DNA of 64,000 bases from Cetobacterium sp. (GTDB taxonomy: Bacteria > Fusobacteriota > Fusobacteriia > Fusobacteriales > Fusobacteriaceae): positions 1,532 through 65,531 of the forward strand of contig NZ_DBGBQB010000074.1 of assembly GCF_048470075.1 (NCBI RefSeq), in the 5' to 3' direction. Below, piece by piece: positions 18,648 through 29,103 of this stretch. A program made the position numbers and the translations under genes. The notes under the pieces were generated by a model that saw nothing but the letters and a program-made list of their open reading frames with translations, was not told the DNA's origin and made no database searches. Each line of letters starts with the position of its first letter. Positions within the stretch are counted from its first letter, which is position 1.

Positions 18648-19880
18648 TTACCCCCTTTTCACACCGAAGAACTCTGTTCTTTTTATTTTAAATAAATCTA
18701 CTGTTGTTGTTAACAGAACCTTTGTTATGAAAATTGCTGTAAGCATTGATGCTACAGTTCCAATCGTTAAAGTTACTGCGAACCCCTTTACAGTTCCTGT
18801 TCCAAACATAAATAGAACAAGTGCTGTCAATAATGTTGTTACGTTAGAGTCTATTATTGAAGCAATTCCCTTACTAAACCCAAGCTTTATTGCTCCATTT
18901 ATAGTATTTCCAAGTTTCAACTCATCTTTTATTCTTTCAAATATTATTACATTAGCATCTACGGCCATTCCTGCCGAAAGAATCATACCAGCAATACCTG
19001 GTAAAGTTAAAGTCGCATCAATAAAGTTTAGCATTGCAAACATCACAAGTCCAAAACTTAATAGAGCTAAGTCAGCTACAAATCCTGGTAATCTGTACAT
19101 AACTAACATGAATGTAGCTATTAATCCAACTGCAACCATAGCAGCAGTTTTACTCTGAGCTATAGATTCATCCCCTAAAGATGCCCCTACTATTCTAGTT
19201 TCTATAATTTCTGCTTTCACTGGTAACGCCCCTGCATTTAAAAGTGTAGCTGTCTTTTTAGCTTCATCTGGTGTATAGTTTCCTGTTATAACTCCATTTC
19301 CACTTGGAATTTCACTGTTGATTGATGGAGCTGTTTGAACCTCTCCATCTAAAGTTATAGCCAATCTTTTTCCAATGTTTTCTCTTGTTATTTTGGCAAA
19401 CTCCTTAGCTCCTTCAATATTCATCTCAAATTGAATTTGAGGTCTTCCTAAGTTATCATATGACACTTCAGCTTTTTTTAATGCTCCACCTGTTAGTAGT
19501 GTATCCCCTAAAGAACCATCATCATTCATTATTCTAAACTCTAATAGAGCTGTTTTTCCTATCATCTTTACTGCATCATCAGAGTTTGTAATTCCAGGTA
19601 ATTCAATAATAACTCTATCCATTCCCGCTCTTTGTACAACTGATTCTGCAACCCCAAGACCATTTATTCTTCTGTCTAAAACTTCTATTAATCTATTCAT
19701 TGCATCGTCATCTAATTCGGTTCCAGCTTCTGGTTTAGCTTGTAAAACTACATAAACTCCTCCTTTTAAGTCCAGTCCCAGTTTTGTTGGTTTCATTACT
19801 GCTAACCACCAAGAACATACTAGTATAACTAATACAAAAAATAATTTGGTCATCCCCTTAAGATTCATGCTAGCCTCCAC
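18648..19880 (-). CDS. secD: Protein translocase subunit SecD
   Basis: 410 aa. Motifs are GLDLKGGVYVVLQ, a periplasmic domain, and ...DANVIIFERIKDE. The real start may be the ATG at 19868, which lies 5 nt after GGAGG. Confidence 0.9.
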   Translation of the reverse strand: MEASMNLKGMTKLFFVLVILVCSWWLAVMKPTKLGLDLKGGVYVVLQAKPEAGTELDDDAMNRLIEVLDRRINGLGVAESVVQRAGMDRVIIELPGITNSDDAVKMIGKTALLEFRIMNDDGSLGDTLLTGGALKKAEVSYDNLGRPQIQFEMNIEGAKEFAKITRENIGKRLAITLDGEVQTAPSINSEIPSGNGVITGNYTPDEAKKTATLLNAGALPVKAEIIETRIVGASLGDESIAQSKTAAMVAVGLIATFMLVMYRLPGFVADLALLSFGLVMFAMLNFIDATLTLPGIAGMILSAGMAVDANVIIFERIKDELKLGNTINGAIKLGFSKGIASIIDSNVTTLLTALVLFMFGTGTVKGFAVTLTIGTVASMLTAIFITKVLLTTTVDLFKIKRTEFFGVKRG

Positions 19881-19885
19881 TTAGT

Positions 19886-20305
19886 TTATTTTTTCATGTC
19901 TAAGAAAGTTTGTAAAATTATAGCTGCAGCTACTTTATCTACAACTTTTCTTTTCTCTTTGGCTCCCCTTAAATTTGTTTCGTTCAACATTCTATCTGCT
20001 GAAACAGTGGAAAGTCTTTCATCTATTTCAAAAAATTCTAATCCTTCAATAGATTTATTTAGTTTCTCTATAAATTCTCTTACTTTTTCTGCTTGACGTT
20101 TTTCAGTTCCATCTAAACTCTTAGGTATTCCTACCACTATCGATTTAGTATTTTCCTCTCTACACAGTTCAGCAATTCTTTTTACAGCCTTTGTCTTTCT
20201 TCTATCAATCACTTCTAATGGAGTGGCAACCATTCCCATTAGATCCGATTTTGCCACTCCTATTCTTACATCTCCTACATCTAAAGAAAGATATCTTTTA
20301 TACAT
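19886..20305 (-). CDS. ruvX: Holliday-junction-resolvase-like pre-16S rRNA nuclease RuvX/YqgF
   Basis: The product starts MYKRYLSLDVGDVRIGVAKSD. I prefer the start at 20305 because GGAGG lies 8 nt upstream. The ORF-track TTG start at 20320 contains that SD. Confidence 0.85.
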   Translation of the reverse strand: MYKRYLSLDVGDVRIGVAKSDLMGMVATPLEVIDRRKTKAVKRIAELCREENTKSIVVGIPKSLDGTEKRQAEKVREFIEKLNKSIEGLEFFEIDERLSTVSADRMLNETNLRGAKEKRKVVDKVAAAIILQTFLDMKK

Positions 20306-20320
20306 ACTATCTTCCTCCAA

Positions 20321-22927
20321 TTATAATGAATTTATTAAAATCTCCTTAACAGCAGTTAATGCCTCTTTAACTTTCGCTCCATTCTTTCCTCCAGCTTGAG
20401 CAAAGTCAGGTCTTCCTCCACCGTTTCCTTCAGCTATTTTTGCAGCTTCTCTCACTAGGTCACCAGCTTTAACTTTTCCAATTAAATCCTTTGTAACTCC
20501 AACTGCAAATATAGCTTTTTCATTGTCAGAACCTAGCACTATAACACAGCTTCCTAACTTATCTTTAGCCTTATCCACAATCTCTCTAAGTGAATCTGCC
20601 TCTTTATCTTTAAAATCTTTCACTAAAACTTTTACTCCATTTATCTCTTGAATTTCATCAAATAGTGAGTTTGCTTCAAATGTTGCAACTTTAGCTTTTA
20701 ATGTTTCAACCTCTTTTGATAGCTCTCTTGTTTCCTCTACAACTCTTTCTGATCTTTCCTCGATTTTATGTAGATCAGTTTTTAAGTTTTTAGCAACTCT
20801 TTTCATTGTTTTTTCCATCTCTAATACAGCTAAGTATGCTTTATAGCTTGTTTGAGCCTCTATTCTTCTAACTCCAGCAGCAACTCCAGCCTCTGAAACA
20901 ATTTTAAATATTCCTATTTTACCTATGTTACTGATATGAGTTCCACCACAAAGCTCCATTGAGTAATCTCCAATAGAAACAACTCTAACTTCATCTCCAT
21001 ATTTATCTCCAAATAAAGCTGTTGCTCCTTTTGCTTTAGCGTCATCCATTGACATAACCTCTGCATTTACAGATGTTGCCATAAATATTCTTTCATTTAC
21101 AGCTTTCTCAACTCTCTCAAGCTCTTCAGCTGTTAAAGCTTCATAGTGATTGAAGTCAAATCTTAATCTATCTGCTCCACAAGCTGATCCCGCCTGTTGT
21201 ACATGAGTTCCTAAAACATCTTTTAAAGCTTGGTGTAATAGATGTGTCGCCGTATGATTTTTTGCAACTTCCTCTCTTCTTACAGGATCAACTGTTAAAT
21301 TTAGAAGTGTACCCTCTACTAACTCCTCTAATCCACTCTCCACTTCAACTATATGAGTGTAAATCTCTTTTTGTTTTTGAACATCTAATACCTTAGCTAC
21401 TAAATTTTCACCCTCTATAATTCCATGGTCAGCTTCCTGTCCTCCAGATTCTGCATAGAATGGTGTCTGATCAAAAATTAAAGCATATTTTCCATTCTCT
21501 AACTCTCTTGCATTTAAAAGTGTTGCAGGAGTCATAAGATCACAGTATCCAGTGAATTCAGTTTTTCCGTGCTTATCATAGAACTCCTCTATAAAGCTGT
21601 CCTGCCCTTTTTCCATAATAACTGCTCTAGCTGCTCTAGCTTTTTCTCTTTGCTCTTCCATTTTCTCTAAGAACTCATCTTTTAAAACTTCGATTCCATT
21701 CTCTTCACAGATCTCCTCTGTTAACTCATAAGGGAATCCATATGTATCATAAAGTTTAAATGTTACATCCCCAGATAGTTTTGTTTCACCTTTTGATTTC
21801 ACTATCTCTATCTCATTTGTAACAAGCTGCATACCTTGATCTAAAGTATTTGAGAATTTCTCCTCTTCAATTTTTACAACTTTTTTAATATGCTCTATGT
21901 TTTGTCTTAACTCAGGATATGCTTCTTCCATAATCTCTACAACTTTATCTACCATTTGATACATGAATAACTCTTTTCTTCCTAAAAGTCTTCCGTGTCT
22001 AACCGCTCTTCTTAAAATTCTTCTTAAGATATATCCTCTTCCCTCATTAGATGGGATAACTCCATCATTTACTAAGAAAGTAACTGCTCTAGAGTGATCA
22101 GTTATAACTTTTAATGAGAAGTCTTTTTCAGGATTCTCTCCATATTTCGTATTTGTAAGTCTTCCAGCTTCTTCAACAATTGGGAATAATAAGTCTGTTT
22201 CAAAGTTATTTGATTTCCCTTGAACCATTGCTGCAACTCTTTCAAGTCCAGCTCCTGTATCTATATTCTTCTTTGGAAGTGGTTGTAAAGATCCATCCTC
22301 CATTCTGTTCCACTCTGTGAAAACAAGGTTCCAAATCTCAATAAATCTATTATCAGTTCCTTCATCACCTAATTTAGAATTCTCATCTCCTCCATAAGCT
22401 GGACCTAAATCAACGTGAATCTCTGAACATGGTCCACAAGAACCTGTTGGTCCTGCTGCCCACCAGTTTTCTGATTCTCCCATTCTTACAATTCTCTCTT
22501 TTGGAAAGTTACATTTCTCTATCCAAATTTTTTCTGCTTCATCATCTGTAGTAAACACAGAAACCCACAGTTTGTCTTTATCTAACTTTAAAACCTCTGT
22601 GATAAACTCCCATGACCACACTATTGCTTCCTCTCTAAAATAATCTCCAAATGAGAAGTTTCCTAGCATCTCAAAGAAAGTGTGGTGTCTAGCTGTTCTT
22701 CCAACATTTTCTAAATCGTTTGTTCTTATACACTTTTGATAAGTTGTCACTCTTGGTGTTGGTGCCTCTTTTTGACCTAAGAAATATGGTTTAAAAGGAA
22801 CCATTCCAGCAACTGTTAATAAAAGAGTTGGATCATCTGGAATAAGTGACGCACTTTCAAAGTGCTTATGGTTTTTCTTTACAAAAAACTCTATAAATTT
22901 GCTTCTAATTTCGTTACCTGTTAACAT
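20321..22927 (-). CDS. alaS: Alanine--tRNA ligase
   Basis: 868 aa. Motifs are MLTGNEIRSKFIEFF..., the editing-domain HTATHLLH, CGGTH, and a C-terminal DHHA1 region. Confidence 0.95.
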   Translation of the reverse strand: MLTGNEIRSKFIEFFVKKNHKHFESASLIPDDPTLLLTVAGMVPFKPYFLGQKEAPTPRVTTYQKCIRTNDLENVGRTARHHTFFEMLGNFSFGDYFREEAIVWSWEFITEVLKLDKDKLWVSVFTTDDEAEKIWIEKCNFPKERIVRMGESENWWAAGPTGSCGPCSEIHVDLGPAYGGDENSKLGDEGTDNRFIEIWNLVFTEWNRMEDGSLQPLPKKNIDTGAGLERVAAMVQGKSNNFETDLLFPIVEEAGRLTNTKYGENPEKDFSLKVITDHSRAVTFLVNDGVIPSNEGRGYILRRILRRAVRHGRLLGRKELFMYQMVDKVVEIMEEAYPELRQNIEHIKKVVKIEEEKFSNTLDQGMQLVTNEIEIVKSKGETKLSGDVTFKLYDTYGFPYELTEEICEENGIEVLKDEFLEKMEEQREKARAARAVIMEKGQDSFIEEFYDKHGKTEFTGYCDLMTPATLLNARELENGKYALIFDQTPFYAESGGQEADHGIIEGENLVAKVLDVQKQKEIYTHIVEVESGLEELVEGTLLNLTVDPVRREEVAKNHTATHLLHQALKDVLGTHVQQAGSACGADRLRFDFNHYEALTAEELERVEKAVNERIFMATSVNAEVMSMDDAKAKGATALFGDKYGDEVRVVSIGDYSMELCGGTHISNIGKIGIFKIVSEAGVAAGVRRIEAQTSYKAYLAVLEMEKTMKRVAKNLKTDLHKIEERSERVVEETRELSKEVETLKAKVATFEANSLFDEIQEINGVKVLVKDFKDKEADSLREIVDKAKDKLGSCVIVLGSDNEKAIFAVGVTKDLIGKVKAGDLVREAAKIAEGNGGGRPDFAQAGGKNGAKVKEALTAVKEILINSL

Positions 22928-22963
22928 CTCTTTGTTTCCTCCACTATATTTTTAAAATTTATT

Positions 22964-23689
22964 TTAATCTAATTTAAAGTTTTCTCCTAGGTACACTTTC
23001 TTTGCCATAGGATTTGAAGCTATCTCCTCAGGAGTTCCACTTATTAAAACTTTTCCATTTGCCATTATATATGCCTTTTCAGTTATAGACAAAGTTTCTC
23101 TAACAGAGTGATCCGTTATTAAAATTCCCAAACCTCTCTGTTTCAGGTATCTGATTATCTGCTGAATATCCTCAACTGCTATTGGGTCAACCCCAGCAAA
23201 AGGTTCATCCAGTAGAATGAAATCAGGATCATTTGCTATAGTTCTAGCTATTTCAACCCTTCTTCTCTCTCCACCTGATAGAGAGTATCCCATAGATTTT
23301 GCAACATGCGTCAATTTGAACTCCTCTAAAAGTTCTTGCATTTTTTTCATCTGTTCCTCTTTAGGTAACCCTTTCATCTCCAATATAGCTAATATATTGT
23401 CTTCAACCGAAAGGTTTCTAAAGATTGATGGTTCCTGTGCCAAGTATCCAATTCCCATATCTGCTCTTTTATACATTGGATACTCTGTTATATCTACCTC
23501 ATTTATAAAAACTTGACCCTTTTCAGGTTTTACTATTCCAGTTATCATGTAAAATGTTGTAGTTTTCCCAGCTCCATTAGGTCCTAAAAGACCAACAATC
23601 TCACCTTTTTTTACCTCTAAGCTAACATTTTTAACTACCTGTCTTTTTTTGTAACTTTTACATAATCCTTGAGCAACTATACTTCTCAT
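22964..23689 (-). CDS. lptB: LPS export ABC transporter ATP-binding protein LptB
   Basis: 241 aa. Motifs are Walker A GPNGAGKTT, the signature LSGGERRRVEIAR, and Walker B FILLDEPFAGVDP. Confidence 0.9.
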   Translation of the reverse strand: MRSIVAQGLCKSYKKRQVVKNVSLEVKKGEIVGLLGPNGAGKTTTFYMITGIVKPEKGQVFINEVDITEYPMYKRADMGIGYLAQEPSIFRNLSVEDNILAILEMKGLPKEEQMKKMQELLEEFKLTHVAKSMGYSLSGGERRRVEIARTIANDPDFILLDEPFAGVDPIAVEDIQQIIRYLKQRGLGILITDHSVRETLSITEKAYIMANGKVLISGTPEEIASNPMAKKVYLGENFKLD

Positions 23690-23698
23690 AGATTCTCC

Positions 23699-26455
23699 TT
23701 ATTTTTTTAAGATTTTATTGTATCCTGAATTTATTTGATTTGCATTTGTTACACTTTTCTTCTCATTGGTTTTATAATCTACAAATACATTTCCTCTAGC
23801 TTTTACCTTATTAGTTTTTGTATTGTAATCTGCTTCATCAGCTGTTATTACCGATTCACCATCATCCACAAATACATTATCTCTTAGTTCTATTAAGTTT
23901 TCCTTATTTTTTACCTTTGCTTTTGCAGATGTTGCTTTTAAAGTTTTATCTTTACTTTTTCTTACTATAACAACTTTACCTACCAGATCAATAACCTCTG
24001 TATTCAAGTTACCCGTCATCATATTAGAAGTCACATTTGTAACTGTTCCATCTTTATCTTTTAAAACTGCTTTAGTATTATCTTTTCCAAATACCAGTTT
24101 TTTTTCTGGTTGAATCTCTAAGTAGTCTGAATATAGAGTAGTCCCCTCTTTTGTTATAACCGCATTCTTTCTGATTTCAACTCTCTGAATCTGATTTTTT
24201 CCTTGTGCATCTTTTTTAAAGTAGGCTCTTACAAAGTCCCCTTTAAAATCTACAGGTACTCCATCTTGATATATTCTACCTGAAACATTTCCTATAAAAT
24301 CTAAATTCATATTATTTAATGTTCCATCTACACGATCACCTTTAAACTCCTCATTCTGTGTAGATTTGATTACAATATCTTTTCCAGTCAGATGACTTGT
24401 CTTTTTATCTAATGTTCCACTTGTTCCAAATACGTCATAATCCCCATATTTAATAGTGAAAGCCTTAGGTGATTTTGCTATTTCTGTATTTTTATTGTAC
24501 TCTAAGTGATCACCTTTTAAAGTTGATGTCTCATCTTTTATCTCAGCATTTTTCTCTAAAACAAAATCTCCTTGAGAAGTAAAGTACTTTATTATATCAC
24601 TTTTTAATGTATTCTTCACATCTTTTCCACTAAATTTTTCACCAGTGAATAATTTTTTATCAGTTTGGTACACTCCATTGTACATTTTTCCAGAACTATT
24701 TTTTACCTTATCTTCAAATAGAATCTCTCCTGGAATATAGATCTTTTCATCTTTTATTTGATAGTCCGCTGAATTAGCATTAGCCACTATATCTCCACTT
24801 GTTAAAACCAACTTATCCTTAACTTTAACAAACTCATTTTCTTTAAACTCTCCAAAAGAGGATACAACTTTAGTCTCTCCCTTTTTATCAAATGCAACTA
24901 GATCTTTTTCAACTGTTCCAATACCAGTTTTTTGATTAAACTCTAAGTTTACTCCCTCTACTACATTATCTGGACTTATATATTTAAACTCTCCAAAAGA
25001 TTTAAATACCTCAGTAGTTAAATTATATTCACCTTTTAACCCTTCAAAAATATCTTTCTCCTTTTTTCTCTTTAAAACATATTTCTCTGGAAGATATACA
25101 AACCCTTTTTTTCCTAAGTAATCAATTTTTTGACTTTCAAAAATATAACTATTATTTTCAAAGTAAGCATTTCCTTGTACCAAATAACTATCTTCCTGTC
25201 TATCAAAATCAACTCTATCTCCTGAAGCGTATTGCTTATCAATCTTATCTTTTACATCACCTTTTATAACATATCCCTTTTCAGTTATTTTATTATAGAA
25301 GAAGCTCTCTCCCTTACTATCATATTTAGTACTGAAGTAAGTATATCCATCTTTTAAGTATAACTCTCCAGTTTGAGTTAAATAAACTAGATTTTTTGTC
25401 AAAATCTTATTTTCGGGACTTGTATATTTAACATCTTTATCACTGATTAGTTCAAGCTCTTTAGTATCAGTTGCATAGATTGCCATATCAGCAGTTAACT
25501 CTCCACCCTTTGTATCGTTTCCTTGAACATCCCCTTTAACGACAAACTTCTTAGTAACTTTGTTATAAACTCCATCATCACCTTTAAATGAGTATATTCC
25601 ATTACTTCCATCAATTTTACCATTAAAATTGATATTATCTCCACCATCAGATGTTATGCTCTCCATGTTAATTTTATATCCATCAGCTAAAACATATACA
25701 TTTTTACTAATTGTAAAGGCTTCTGTTTTGTCATTTAAAACTAGATTATCTCCATAAAGCTTAATTCCATTATAGTCTAACATGAATGAGTTAGATGTTG
25801 TTAAAAGATTGGTATTGGTGTCATATTTTAATCCTTTAAAATTTCCACTTAATATCCCAGAACCGTCTCCAAAGTTAGAACCTGATAGGAATGAATCACC
25901 CTCTATATCTATTATTTTATCCTTATCACTATATTTTGCATTTTCAGCTGCTAAAGTTATATTTTTAGTTTTGAATTTTACATCTCCTGATAACACAACA
26001 TTTTCCATCTTGGTATCACTTTTAAAGTTCTTTCCTGAAACCTCTATACCTTCAGCTTTGTTTATAGCTGTTACTCCTATTGTGGATTCAACCTCTCCAT
26101 TCTCTTTATTATATTTGGCCTCTTGAGTCTCAAATTCCCAACCATTTAAACTTTTACCTAAAATATTTGATTTTAATAGCAAGTTTTTCCCCGCATCTAA
26201 AAATGCGTTATCCCCTGTTAAAATCATTCCATCTATTACGGCTTTAGCTTTTTCAAAGGTAGTTTCATTTGTTTTAAGAAAATCTTTTTGTTTATCGGCT
26301 TCAATATGATATCCCTCAGTATCATATATAGCACCTGTTGTTTCAACTATCTCCTCTTTTTTCTCAACTTTTTTTTCATCACCGAAATAATTTAAATATC
26401 CCAAAACCAATACTGCAACTATAACTACTTTATAGGCAATCTTTTTTCTATCCAT
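23699..26455 (-). CDS. Membrane-anchored protein of concatenated LptC/LptA (OstA-like) modules
   Basis: 918 aa with one N-terminal TM helix (VVIVAVLVLGYL). The body is beta-rich and low in hydrophobic helices. It repeats G(D/N)V...A(D/E)x..Y motifs. The C-terminal module reads LELRDNVFVDDGESVITADEADYNTKTNKVKARGNVFVDY, like LptA. It sits directly upstream of lptB, where lptC-lptA normally lie. Confidence 0.6.
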   Translation of the reverse strand: MDRKKIAYKVVIVAVLVLGYLNYFGDEKKVEKKEEIVETTGAIYDTEGYHIEADKQKDFLKTNETTFEKAKAVIDGMILTGDNAFLDAGKNLLLKSNILGKSLNGWEFETQEAKYNKENGEVESTIGVTAINKAEGIEVSGKNFKSDTKMENVVLSGDVKFKTKNITLAAENAKYSDKDKIIDIEGDSFLSGSNFGDGSGILSGNFKGLKYDTNTNLLTTSNSFMLDYNGIKLYGDNLVLNDKTEAFTISKNVYVLADGYKINMESITSDGGDNINFNGKIDGSNGIYSFKGDDGVYNKVTKKFVVKGDVQGNDTKGGELTADMAIYATDTKELELISDKDVKYTSPENKILTKNLVYLTQTGELYLKDGYTYFSTKYDSKGESFFYNKITEKGYVIKGDVKDKIDKQYASGDRVDFDRQEDSYLVQGNAYFENNSYIFESQKIDYLGKKGFVYLPEKYVLKRKKEKDIFEGLKGEYNLTTEVFKSFGEFKYISPDNVVEGVNLEFNQKTGIGTVEKDLVAFDKKGETKVVSSFGEFKENEFVKVKDKLVLTSGDIVANANSADYQIKDEKIYIPGEILFEDKVKNSSGKMYNGVYQTDKKLFTGEKFSGKDVKNTLKSDIIKYFTSQGDFVLEKNAEIKDETSTLKGDHLEYNKNTEIAKSPKAFTIKYGDYDVFGTSGTLDKKTSHLTGKDIVIKSTQNEEFKGDRVDGTLNNMNLDFIGNVSGRIYQDGVPVDFKGDFVRAYFKKDAQGKNQIQRVEIRKNAVITKEGTTLYSDYLEIQPEKKLVFGKDNTKAVLKDKDGTVTNVTSNMMTGNLNTEVIDLVGKVVIVRKSKDKTLKATSAKAKVKNKENLIELRDNVFVDDGESVITADEADYNTKTNKVKARGNVFVDYKTNEKKSVTNANQINSGYNKILKK

Positions 26456-26464
26456 ACTACCCTC

Positions 26465-29089
26465 CTAGTTTAAGATACGTTTCAATTCATTTAGCTTTAA
26501 AAAAGCATCCAATGGTGTCATCTTGTCTAATTCAGCCTCTCTTAAAAGACGCAATACAATCTTCTCTTCACTCTCTAGCTCCAGTACAGCCTCCTCTACT
26601 TTTTTCATCGGTTCCTCTTTTATTTCACTTTCAAACTCTCCAAATAGTATTAGTTGCTCTTTTTTTACTTTTTTCTCTATTATCATTTTTCTATTTTCTA
26701 AAACCTTTACCATCTCTCTGGCTCTATCTAAAATCTCCTTAGGAAGTCCAGCTAATCTCGCAACCTCTATTCCATAAGACTTATCAGCTCCACCTTTTAC
26801 AATCTCTCTTAAGAAAAGAATCTCTTTTTCATCCTCTTTGACTTCAATTCTAAAGTTTGTGGATTTATTTAATTTAGATTCAAGTTGTGTTAACTCATGG
26901 TAATGAGTTGCAAATATTGTTTTAGCTTGTATATTGTCATGGATATACTCTGTTATCGCTGTTGCTATTGATATTCCATCAAATGTTGATGTACCTCTTC
27001 CTATCTCATCCAGTATGATAAATGAATTTCTAGTAGAACTGTTAACTATATTTGCTACTTCACTCATCTCTAACATAAAGGTCGATTGTCCAGTCACTAG
27101 ATCATCACTTGCACCTATCCTTGTAAATATTTTATCCACAATCCCTATTTTAGCATATTCTGCTGGAACATAACACCCTATATGTGCCATAATTAAGATT
27201 AGAGCTACCTGTTTCATGTATGTAGATTTTCCCGACATATTTGGACCTGTTAAAATTATCAAATTTTTATCATCATTTAAAACAATACTGTTTTTTACAA
27301 AATTTTCTTTCCCGACTAATTGCTCTACAATAGGGTGTCTTCCACCAATTATCTCCATATCTCCATCCGTGGTAATCTCAGGTCTTATATATCCATTCTT
27401 AGTTGCCACATGTGCAAAGTTTGTGACCACATCTAAGTAAGCTAATTTGTATGCTAAATCATGAAGTATATTTTTATGTTTTTTTATCTCTTCTGAAACC
27501 TCTTTAAAAAGCATATACTCTAAGTTCTCTATTTTATCCTTAGCGTTCAATACCTTTTCCTCATAAATTTTTAAATCTTCAACTATGTATCTCTCAGCAT
27601 TGGCCAATGTCTGTTTTCTAATATAATCATCTGGAATTAAGTGAATATTAGCTTTAGTTACCTCTATAAAATATCCAAAGACTTTATTATATTTTATTTT
27701 TAATCCCTTTATTCCAGTTCTTTCTCTCTCTCTATTTTCAATATTCAATATGGTATCCTTACCATTATTTGAGATATTGTGTAGTTCATCTAACTCACTA
27801 TTATATCCATCTCTTATCATTCCGCCCTCTCTTACAGAGAATGGAACTTCATCCTTTATAGCTTTTTCTATAAGATTATATATCTCTACAAGTTCATCTA
27901 AAGCTATTTCAAAAATAGGATTCCCTTTTAAAATTTTATATATCTCTAAACTATTTAATATAGACCTCTTTAGAGCTACTAAGTCTCTGGCATTTTCATT
28001 TCCTAAAATAAGCTTACCTATTATTCTCTCTATATCATAGATCTCTTTTAACCTTTCCCTTGTTTCCTCTCTCAAAAGAACATTGTTATAAAAGAACCCA
28101 ATATTTTCTTGTCTCTCTGTTATTATCTCTTTAGATGTCGATGGATTTTTTAAAAAGTGTTTTAATAATCTACTTCCCATTGAACTCTTACAGCTATCTA
28201 AGACCCACTGAAGTGTTCCTAAAACACCATTTTCCCTGTTTGAAGCTACAATATCCAAGTTTCTCTGTGTTGTCAGATTAAGCTCCATAACATCTTCACT
28301 TCCAGTATATACTATTTTATCCACTGGAATCTCATTTCCTTTTTGAAGTTCTAAAACATACTCTAAAATCATAGCTGAAGCTTCTACTGCTGATGTTTTA
28401 CCATTCAAATCAAAACTATCTAAAGATATAACTTTAAAATAATTTTTTAAAAACTCCTCACTTTTTTTCACTTTTAAATAGGAGTTAATATTTATTTTAT
28501 TTAATTGAGCAAATTGCTTTAACTCTTTTTCCAAATCTTGGTAGGAGTTCTCATCTATTAATATCTCTCTTGGAGAAACTTTATTTATCTCTCCCAAAAT
28601 TTTATATATATAGTCCTCTGTTTTTTCCTTTTCACTGGCTACAAACTCTCCAGTTGTTATATCTATATACGATAGCCCAATAGAATCTTTTTTCAAAACT
28701 ATTCCCATTAAATAGTTATTACTTTTTTCATCTAAATACTCGGTATCGATTATTGTTCCAGGAGTTATAACCCTAACAACCTCTCGTTTTACAAGTCCCT
28801 TTGTGGTTTTTGGATCCTCTACTTGCTCACATATAGCAACTTTATATCCTTTAGCTATAAGCTTTCCTATATATCCCGCTGATGAGTGGTATGGGATTCC
28901 CGCTAAGGGAACCTCTATACCTTTCTCCCTGTTTCTACTTGTTAATGTTAATCCCAACTCTTTAGAAACAGTTACTGCATCATCAAAAAACATCTCATAA
29001 AAATCCCCTAATCTAAAAAATAGGATATTATCTTGATTTTCTTTTTTTATCTCTTTATATTGAGCCATTAATGGCGTATCTGCTGACAA
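26465..29089 (-). CDS. mutS: DNA mismatch repair protein MutS
   Basis: 874 aa. The product starts TPLMAQYKEIK...FFRLGDFYEMF. Motifs are Walker A TGPNMSGKST, ILDEIGRGTSTFDG and FATHYHEL. Confidence 0.95.
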   Translation of the reverse strand: MSADTPLMAQYKEIKKENQDNILFFRLGDFYEMFFDDAVTVSKELGLTLTSRNREKGIEVPLAGIPYHSSAGYIGKLIAKGYKVAICEQVEDPKTTKGLVKREVVRVITPGTIIDTEYLDEKSNNYLMGIVLKKDSIGLSYIDITTGEFVASEKEKTEDYIYKILGEINKVSPREILIDENSYQDLEKELKQFAQLNKININSYLKVKKSEEFLKNYFKVISLDSFDLNGKTSAVEASAMILEYVLELQKGNEIPVDKIVYTGSEDVMELNLTTQRNLDIVASNRENGVLGTLQWVLDSCKSSMGSRLLKHFLKNPSTSKEIITERQENIGFFYNNVLLREETRERLKEIYDIERIIGKLILGNENARDLVALKRSILNSLEIYKILKGNPIFEIALDELVEIYNLIEKAIKDEVPFSVREGGMIRDGYNSELDELHNISNNGKDTILNIENRERERTGIKGLKIKYNKVFGYFIEVTKANIHLIPDDYIRKQTLANAERYIVEDLKIYEEKVLNAKDKIENLEYMLFKEVSEEIKKHKNILHDLAYKLAYLDVVTNFAHVATKNGYIRPEITTDGDMEIIGGRHPIVEQLVGKENFVKNSIVLNDDKNLIILTGPNMSGKSTYMKQVALILIMAHIGCYVPAEYAKIGIVDKIFTRIGASDDLVTGQSTFMLEMSEVANIVNSSTRNSFIILDEIGRGTSTFDGISIATAITEYIHDNIQAKTIFATHYHELTQLESKLNKSTNFRIEVKEDEKEILFLREIVKGGADKSYGIEVARLAGLPKEILDRAREMVKVLENRKMIIEKKVKKEQLILFGEFESEIKEEPMKKVEEAVLELESEEKIVLRLLREAELDKMTPLDAFLKLNELKRILN

Positions 29090-29103
29090 AAAATCACATC
29101 TCC

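Noticed and set aside
18592-19158. Long plus-strand ORFs antisense to minus-strand genes. Examples are 18592-19158 (188 aa), 46988-47455 (155 aa), 42734-43150 (138 aa), 14221-14595, 25782-26126, 46625-46978, 47883-48224, 48731-49087 and 59432-59776.
   Set aside because: Each lies wholly inside a well-supported minus-strand gene such as secD, pta, nifJ, lptF, ftsY or uvrB. Their translations are low-complexity and rich in S, F, I, L, P and T, as expected from reading purine-rich codons backwards in an AT-rich genome. They have no SD or promoter context and no recognisable motifs.
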